Virus record (IMG/VR): IMGVR_UViG_3300032516_002092
Span: 1 to 52,429 of that record
Strand: one strand, 5' to 3'
DNA from: a virus
Lineage: Duplodnaviria > Caudoviricetes
DNA length: 52,429 nt
The position numbers and the translations under genes were made by a program. Shown in pieces: positions 46,497-52,429 of the stretch (positions are counted from its first letter, which is position 1; each line of letters opens with the position of its first letter). The notes under the pieces are model-generated. The model was given only the letters and a program-made list of their open reading frames with translations, was not told the DNA's origin and made no database searches.

Positions 46497-48473
46497 GTGA
46501 AGCCACGCATCTTCCAGACCGGCCAGGGCCGGATATGGTTGCAGCGGTTCGGCCCCCGGCCGGAGCACCGCTACGAGTACCTGGGGTGCTCAGGCGCGGG
46601 TGGCGTGGGCGCCGAGGATGGCGAAGTGGCAGTACTCAGTTGCCCCACCGGCAACGATGAGTTCCGGGACACCGACACTGTCGGGCCACGGGGCAACAAC
46701 CCGACTGCTTCTTCGCTGCGGGGCCGCCTGGGCCTGGTCAACCGGCTTATGTCGCTGCGCTGCCCGTTCGACATCCAGGTTCTCTATGGCCAGTGCGGCA
46801 GCCCGGGCGACCGGGTGCGGGGCTGGGAGAAGATCCGGCACCTCTACTCTAACCGCATCACGGGCAGGTCGGGTAGTGACCTGACGGCCATGGTACCCGG
46901 AGACCGGGCAGCGCCGCTGGTAACCGCCGACCTGAGCGCAAAGCGGGCATGGGAGATTGACCCGCTGCGGTTTGCCGAGGTGGCAGCGGGCGACGTGACG
47001 ACGGAGATCGTCGCCATCGTGGTCTGCCCGGAGTGCGACGACTGCGAGGGCTGCCGGCACATCTACGCCATCGCCAAGACCCCGGCTGCCGGTTCACCCG
47101 GTATCCTGCCGGAGGTCATCTGGACGGAGGATGGCGGCGTTACCTGGAGTAACCAGTACATCGACACCCTGGGGGCCAGCGAGAATCCGAGCGGGGCGGC
47201 CTGCATTGGCGGCAAGCTGGTGGTCATCAGCCACGACAGCTGCTCACTGCACTGGGCCAGTCTGGACGATCTCGACACCTGGACGGAAGTTACGACCGGG
47301 TTTGTCGCGGGCGGCTGCCCGAACGCCATCTACTCGGCAGACGCCTCGCACACATGGATCGTCGGCGACGGCGGCTACGTGTACTTCACCAGTGACCCCA
47401 TGATGGGTGTCGAGGTGCAGGACCCTGGGCTCGCCACAACTCAGGACATGACGGCGCTGCACTTTTGCAGCCTGACCGATGGCGTGGCAGTCGGCGATAA
47501 CAACGCCGTCCTGGTGACAAAGAACGGCCAGACCTGGCAATCGTTGACTGGGCCCGCAACGGGCCTAAACCTAGTGACGGCCTGGGCAGTCAACCCAGCC
47601 ACCTGGTGGGTGGGCACCGATGCGACCGTCGGCCTCTACTACACGCTGGACGGCGGCCAGTCCTGGAAGGCTAAGGCGTTTGCCGAGAGTGGCCAGGCGG
47701 GAACGGTGCAGCAGGTGGTGTTCTCTGAAGACCCGGCGGTCGGGTACATGCTGGTGAACCCGGTAATAATGCCGCCACCACTAGACCCATGTGCTTACGT
47801 GGCTGCGGTACTTACCGACGGACCGGTGCTCTACTGGCGTTTAGACGAACTCTCCGGTGTGATTGCGGCAGACCGCAGTGGGAACGGACTCACGGGAACC
47901 TATAGCCTAGCTGATCTAGGGCAAGCCCACCCCTTTACGGGATGCTCTGGCAATGTTGGTATCCATCTGGCTGGCGGGACCTGGACGGTGAATGTCAGGG
48001 GCGCTGTGCCCGTACCTGCTCAAATCCAGTTCGGCACAGGCGCTTTCTCCGTAGAGTTCTGGGCCTATGGGCATACAACTTCTAACACGAACTGGCCCAT
48101 CAACTGCTGGTCGGCCGCCGATGTCGGATGGGGGGTGCAGGTGGTGCATACCATCCCCGTGTTCAGGTTCTATACGTATCATGGAGGCGCCGGGCACGGG
48201 CTGGCAGGTAGCCTCTTCGTAACCGGGCAATGGTATCACTACGTGCTCACCCGTGATGCCAGCGGCAACAAGAACATATACAGGAACGGCCTGCTGGACG
48301 CCGGCCCTAGCAGTGATGGGGGGATAGACGTCACGCAGGCAACGGCCGCGTTATCCTTGAGCGGAATGCAGAACAGTAACATCTTGTCCTATCACGGGCT
48401 CTTTGACGAGGTGGCACTCTATGACTACGAGTTGTCAGCCGTTCAAATAGCAGCGCACTATGCAGCAAGATAG
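46497..48473 (+). CDS. Tail protein paralog: BNR/YCF48-like beta-propeller ending in a LamG/ConA-like domain
   Basis: TxDGGxTW repeats; collinear with 48801-50327; PVLYWRLDE..AADRSGNG..FSVEFW..WYHYVLT..Y.NG..FDEVALYDYELSA.QIAAHY. Confidence 0.8.
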   Translation: MKPRIFQTGQGRIWLQRFGPRPEHRYEYLGCSGAGGVGAEDGEVAVLSCPTGNDEFRDTDTVGPRGNNPTASSLRGRLGLVNRLMSLRCPFDIQVLYGQCGSPGDRVRGWEKIRHLYSNRITGRSGSDLTAMVPGDRAAPLVTADLSAKRAWEIDPLRFAEVAAGDVTTEIVAIVVCPECDDCEGCRHIYAIAKTPAAGSPGILPEVIWTEDGGVTWSNQYIDTLGASENPSGAACIGGKLVVISHDSCSLHWASLDDLDTWTEVTTGFVAGGCPNAIYSADASHTWIVGDGGYVYFTSDPMMGVEVQDPGLATTQDMTALHFCSLTDGVAVGDNNAVLVTKNGQTWQSLTGPATGLNLVTAWAVNPATWWVGTDATVGLYYTLDGGQSWKAKAFAESGQAGTVQQVVFSEDPAVGYMLVNPVIMPPPLDPCAYVAAVLTDGPVLYWRLDELSGVIAADRSGNGLTGTYSLADLGQAHPFTGCSGNVGIHLAGGTWTVNVRGAVPVPAQIQFGTGAFSVEFWAYGHTTSNTNWPINCWSAADVGWGVQVVHTIPVFRFYTYHGGAGHGLAGSLFVTGQWYHYVLTRDASGNKNIYRNGLLDAGPSSDGGIDVTQATAALSLSGMQNSNILSYHGLFDEVALYDYELSAVQIAAHYAAR

Positions 48474-48527
48474 GTAGAAGCCGACAGTTGAGAATCCCGG
48501 GATAGCCACTGGGCGTGAGGACAACAC

Positions 48528-48731
48528 ATGGCAACTGAAGCCCACATCTACCGCACCATCGACGGCGGGGCCACCTGGTACCGACTGCCCGAGGCACGCG
48601 GCGCCACTATCCCGGCAGCAGACAGCCTCAACACGCTGACGACCTGTGGCCCAAACCGAGTCTGGACAGGCGGCGTCAAGGCCAGCGGCGACGGCATCCT
48701 CATACGTGGCAACGGTTACAGCAGGAACTAG
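48528..48731 (+). CDS. Separated C-terminal piece of the first beta-propeller paralog
   Basis: IYRTIDGGATWYR...VWTGG...DGILIRG.GY matches the end of 48801-50327; GAGG RBS. Confidence 0.75.
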   Translation: MATEAHIYRTIDGGATWYRLPEARGATIPAADSLNTLTTCGPNRVWTGGVKASGDGILIRGNGYSRN

Positions 48732-48800
48732 CAGAGTAGCAGCCAGTAGCAGCAGCCAGCGCCGATAAACGTCGCCCCACGGGGCGGGAAGGAACACACC

Positions 48801-50327
48801 ATGGCCGAGCGCATTTTCCAGACCGGGGAGGGCAGGATTTGGCTCCAGAAGTTCGGTCCACGCCCCGACCGAAAGTACGAGCTCCTGGGCTGTGCCAAGC
48901 TGGGCGGCTTCGCCCAGGCCGAGGGCGACATCACGCCCATCCGCTGCCCGGACCCCTCCACCTACGACGAGTTCATCGACGTCGGCGAAATCCGGGGGGC
49001 ACCGGAGCTGCCCACGACTAGCCTCATGTCCAGGTTCGGGCTGGTCAACTACATCCTCTCGCTGAAGTGTCCGTTCGACGTGCAGGCTCTCTATGGCCAG
49101 TGCAAGGACCCGAGCGACCGGGTCAAGGGCTGGCAGAAGGTGCTACACTTCAATGCTGCCCGGTTCACCAACCGTTCCAGTGAGGACCTGTCGGCGCTGC
49201 AACCCGACGAACGAGCCTCCATCATGCTGACCGGCGACATCACGGCCAAGGGCTTGTACCAGATCGACCCGCTGTCCTGGGCGGTCAAGGCGGGCTACGA
49301 CGTGACCACGCAGATCATGGACATCGCTGTCTGTGACCGGTTGTCCTGCGGAGACTGCGGCGACGAGTCAGACGGCGGCAACAAGATCTACGCACTGGCG
49401 CAGCAACCCGGAGCGGGTTCGCCGGCCATCCTGTCCGAGATCATCTTCACCGTGGATGGCGGGCTCACCTGGTACAACGCCTACATCACGACACTGGCCG
49501 CGGCCGAACAGCCAACAGCCAATGCGTGCGTCGGTGACTACCTGCTGGTAGTCTCGCCGGACTCTGCCTCCCTCCACTACGTTGACAAGGGCGACCTGCT
49601 GACGTGGGCACAGGGCGGGAGCGTCACCGCTTCCCCCTGGGTCGAGGTGGCTACCGGCTTCGTCGCGACTAAGGACCCAAGGGCCATCGCTGTGGTCGAC
49701 GCCTCGCACGTCTGGATCGTGGGCGAAGGCGGCTACGTGTACTTCACCGACGACATCACATCGGGCGTTGTGGTGCAGGATGCTGGGGTGGCGACTACTC
49801 AGGACCTGAACGCTATCCATGCCCTCAACAGCCAGTTCGTGGTAGCAGTCGGCCAGAACAACGCCGTCATCTACACCCAGGACGGCGGGGCGACCTGGCA
49901 GTCAGTGACCGGACCCAACCCCGGCGTCAACCTGCTGAGCGTGTGGGGTGTGAGTGAGTCCATCTGGTTTGTCGGTACTGACAACACCGGGCGGCTCTAC
50001 TACACCCTAAACAAGGGACAGACCTGGACATCGGCCGGCTTTGCCGAGTCGGGCGTTGCCGGGGACATCACGGATATCAAGTTCAGTGAGGACCCGGCCC
50101 GCGGCTGGTTCTCGATGCGGTTGGCCTCCACGCTGGGGCGCATCTACGAGACCATCGATGGTGGGGCGACCTGGTACCGGACGCCGCAATCACAAGGCTT
50201 GAGCCTGCCACTTCAGGACACCATCAACTGCCTGGCGGTGGTGAACGTCAACGAGGTCTGGGCCGGTGGCCTGGCCGACAATGGCGGCGACGGGATCATC
50301 CTACAGGGTGTCGGGTACGAAGGCTAA
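48801..50327 (+). CDS. Probable major tail (tube) protein with BNR/YCF48-like beta-propeller
   Basis: Multiple T.DGG.TW Asp-box repeats; directly upstream of tail chaperone and tape measure genes. Confidence 0.7.
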   Translation: MAERIFQTGEGRIWLQKFGPRPDRKYELLGCAKLGGFAQAEGDITPIRCPDPSTYDEFIDVGEIRGAPELPTTSLMSRFGLVNYILSLKCPFDVQALYGQCKDPSDRVKGWQKVLHFNAARFTNRSSEDLSALQPDERASIMLTGDITAKGLYQIDPLSWAVKAGYDVTTQIMDIAVCDRLSCGDCGDESDGGNKIYALAQQPGAGSPAILSEIIFTVDGGLTWYNAYITTLAAAEQPTANACVGDYLLVVSPDSASLHYVDKGDLLTWAQGGSVTASPWVEVATGFVATKDPRAIAVVDASHVWIVGEGGYVYFTDDITSGVVVQDAGVATTQDLNAIHALNSQFVVAVGQNNAVIYTQDGGATWQSVTGPNPGVNLLSVWGVSESIWFVGTDNTGRLYYTLNKGQTWTSAGFAESGVAGDITDIKFSEDPARGWFSMRLASTLGRIYETIDGGATWYRTPQSQGLSLPLQDTINCLAVVNVNEVWAGGLADNGGDGIILQGVGYEG

Positions 50328-50363
50328 TCAGGCTAGCAGATAAACGAGTAGGAGGAGAGAAGG

Positions 50364-50876
50364 GTGACTGACGAGCACGTAGTAGCACAGATCGAAGCAG
50401 CGGAGCAGCAGCCGACCAACGTTGTGGTGCTGTCGGGCGGGCAACAGGTCCGGGTGCGGCCTGTCCCGCCCTTCCTAATTCAGAACATCATGAACCGCTA
50501 CCCTATCCCGGAGCCGCCCGAGGTCGCGGTGGATACGGTTGAGGGGCGCCAGATGATGGAGAACCCCAACGATCCTGACTACCTGGCGTCGGTCCAGCGG
50601 ATCAAGGAACACCGGGAGATGGCTGTCCGGTCGGCCTATCTGCTCAAGGGACTCGATATCGAGCTTCCCAAGGACGACAGTTGGCTGGAGGACCTCGACC
50701 TAATCGGTTTCCCGCGGCCGCAGACCGCTGGTTCCCGCAAGCTTGCCTACGTCGAGACGGTACTGGTACAGACCGCCGGGGACATCATCCGGCTGATCGA
50801 GGCCATTACCCAGCAGTCGGGCGTCTCCGAGGGGGGGATTGCCGCCGCGGCTGCGCGCTTTCGCAGTCAGGTATAA
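50364..50876 (+). CDS. Tail assembly chaperone (gpG-like)
   Basis: Position before tape measure; AGGAGG RBS; overlapping second ORF in +1 frame. Confidence 0.65.
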   Translation: MTDEHVVAQIEAAEQQPTNVVVLSGGQQVRVRPVPPFLIQNIMNRYPIPEPPEVAVDTVEGRQMMENPNDPDYLASVQRIKEHREMAVRSAYLLKGLDIELPKDDSWLEDLDLIGFPRPQTAGSRKLAYVETVLVQTAGDIIRLIEAITQQSGVSEGGIAAAAARFRSQV

Positions 50877-51132
50877 CGGTGCCGACATCTCGACGATCTA
50901 TCTCAAATCGAGCGGAGTTACTCACAGTCTGGAGTATGAGGTTGCCGGCGCCGCAGTATCCTGCGGCGTCGGTCGCACCTCCTTTGAGGCGTGGCCATCT
51001 CGTGATCAGAACGAGGCAATCGCCTACTTACGCACTCACGCCAGGATAGATGCCGTCATAGCTCAACAGGAAACACAAGCGGCAGAGGCTGGGTCCAAGC
51101 GGCAGAGCGCTAAACGGAACAACGCGGGGTAA
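50860..51132 (+). CDS. Chaperone extension (gpT-like), probably reached by frameshift
   Basis: Open +1 frame with no obvious RBS-led start, ending 4 nt before the tape measure ATG. Confidence 0.55.
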   Translation, partial: FAVRYNGADISTIYLKSSGVTHSLEYEVAGAAVSCGVGRTSFEAWPSRDQNEAIAYLRTHARIDAVIAQQETQAAEAGSKRQSAKRNNAG

Positions 51133-51136
51133 GATC

Positions 51137-52429
51137 ATGACCATGCAGCCCGTTGGCGTCGAGGCCCGTATCGAGGGCATGGCGACGTTTACTATGGCCG
51201 CTGACAAGGTCGTCAGCGGCCTAAACAAAATCAGCACAGCGGCCACGCAGACCGCCCACCAGTCCGAGACCATGGGCTCGAAGCTGTCAGGCGCGCTAGT
51301 CAGAGTCGGGGAGGCCGCGTCCGGATTCCTGGTAGCCAACGTAATCATGCGGGCGAGCCAGGCGTTTACCAATGGCGTGCAGACGGTGATGTCTTTTACC
51401 GCGAGCCTGGAACAGAGCAAGATCGCCTGGACTACGATGCTGAAGAGCGCAGAGGACGCTGAGGCGTTCCTCTACGACCTCCAGCAGTTCGCCGCCGCCA
51501 CCCCGTTTGAGTTCAAGGACGTCGAACAGGGGGCACGGCGACTAATGGCCATGGGGTTCGCCGCCCGTGACGTCAAACCGATCCTAACTGACCTGGGGAA
51601 CGTCGCCGCCGGCATGGGCCTCGGCGGGGTCGGTATTGAACGTATCACGCTCGCCCTCGGTCAGATGAACGCCAAGGGCAAGGTCAGCGGTGAGGAACTG
51701 CGGCAACTCACCGAGGCCGGCATCAGCACCAGCGAGATCTTCCGTATCATGGCCGAACAGACCGGGAAAACGACCGGCGAACTGCAGAAGATGCAACAGC
51801 AGGGTACTCTGACCAGCGCCGTGTTCATTGCCGCGTTCCAAACGTGGTCGCAGCAGCGCTTCGGCGATGCGATGAAGGCGCAGTCGAAGACGTTCACGGG
51901 CGCCATGTCCACCATCAAGGACTCGCTCCTCATCGTAGCGGGTACGGCCTTCAAGCCAATCTTCGACCGCATCAGTGAGCTGGCCCAGCGCTTTGCTGAG
52001 TTTGTCCAGTCAGATACCTTCATGAAGTGGGGGGCGAACATCGCCGCTGGGATCGACGTAATCCTCACCGGGCTCGGTGGATTGGTTGAGGGCTTCAGTG
52101 TCGCGTTCAGTTCCATCCTCCGGATCGTGTCGGACGTCGGCGGTCTGATCTTCCAGGTGCTCCAACTCCTGAACCCGTTTCGCCGTGCATCCCCGTCGCT
52201 AGTCGACAACGTCCAGAACGGCGTAGCTGTGATTGTCGACACGTTCGGGCGGCTAGCTGCGGTTCGTACCCCACTAGAATCGGCTGGGGCCGCAGTGGCC
52301 TGGCTGAGCGAGGTAGCGGCCGCGAGCATGGAGCGGGTGCGGGCTGCATCTGTAGATGCGACCATATCGGCACTAGCGGCCTTTGGGATCGGTATACCAG
52401 AAGCATACATGACGGCAACCGCTGCGCTG
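51137..52429 (+). CDS. Tape measure protein (partial, runs off window)
   Basis: FAAATPFEF..V..GARRLMAMGF; ITLALGQMNAKGKVSGEELRQLTEAGI; Ala-rich. Confidence 0.9.
   Translation, partial: MTMQPVGVEARIEGMATFTMAADKVVSGLNKISTAATQTAHQSETMGSKLSGALVRVGEAASGFLVANVIMRASQAFTNGVQTVMSFTASLEQSKIAWTTMLKSAEDAEAFLYDLQQFAAATPFEFKDVEQGARRLMAMGFAARDVKPILTDLGNVAAGMGLGGVGIERITLALGQMNAKGKVSGEELRQLTEAGISTSEIFRIMAEQTGKTTGELQKMQQQGTLTSAVFIAAFQTWSQQRFGDAMKAQSKTFTGAMSTIKDSLLIVAGTAFKPIFDRISELAQRFAEFVQSDTFMKWGANIAAGIDVILTGLGGLVEGFSVAFSSILRIVSDVGGLIFQVLQLLNPFRRASPSLVDNVQNGVAVIVDTFGRLAAVRTPLESAGAAVAWLSEVAAASMERVRAASVDATISALAAFGIGIPEAYMTATAAL

Noticed and set aside
48471-48527. Stop-codon readthrough joining the LamG domain to the 67-aa ORF
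   Set aside because: Although in frame, TAG is followed by two further TGA stops, and the small ORF has its own RBS
46497-50327. Diversity-generating retroelement (TR/VR pair)
   Set aside because: The similarity is a diverged gene duplication with no evident adenine-specific pattern, and no reverse transcriptase is in the window
1-52429. tRNA/rRNA genes, integrase, lysis cassette, host assignment
   Set aside because: None recognised by eye; lifestyle and host cannot be determined from this window alone

Overview
A GC-rich tailed-phage (siphovirus-like) or prophage genome segment with nearly all genes on the + strand. Gene order: recombination/replication (ERCC4-type nuclease, RecT-like annealase, Cas4/RecB-like nuclease, J-domain and vWA proteins, ParB-methyltransferase, AAA_25 helicase, candidate origin, primase); an accessory region; packaging and head (ParB-methyltransferase, terminase, portal, MuF, protease/scaffold, capsid); a large glycosyltransferase/methyltransferase island; and tail genes ending in a tape measure gene cut off by the window end. 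Two signals stand out. (1) A 203-aa RAMP/Cas7-like gene (10011-10622) is followed immediately by a ~770-bp apparently non-coding array of 5-nt GGY-NN units cut into blocks by GGCAG(T/A)C, a candidate RNA-guided system with a gapped guide code. (2) The MuF minor head protein contains an intein whose interior carries a complete zinc-finger + DUF559/Vsr-like endonuclease gene on the opposite strand, with its own extended -10 promoter and RBS. All product calls come from reading motifs by eye; no database searches were run.
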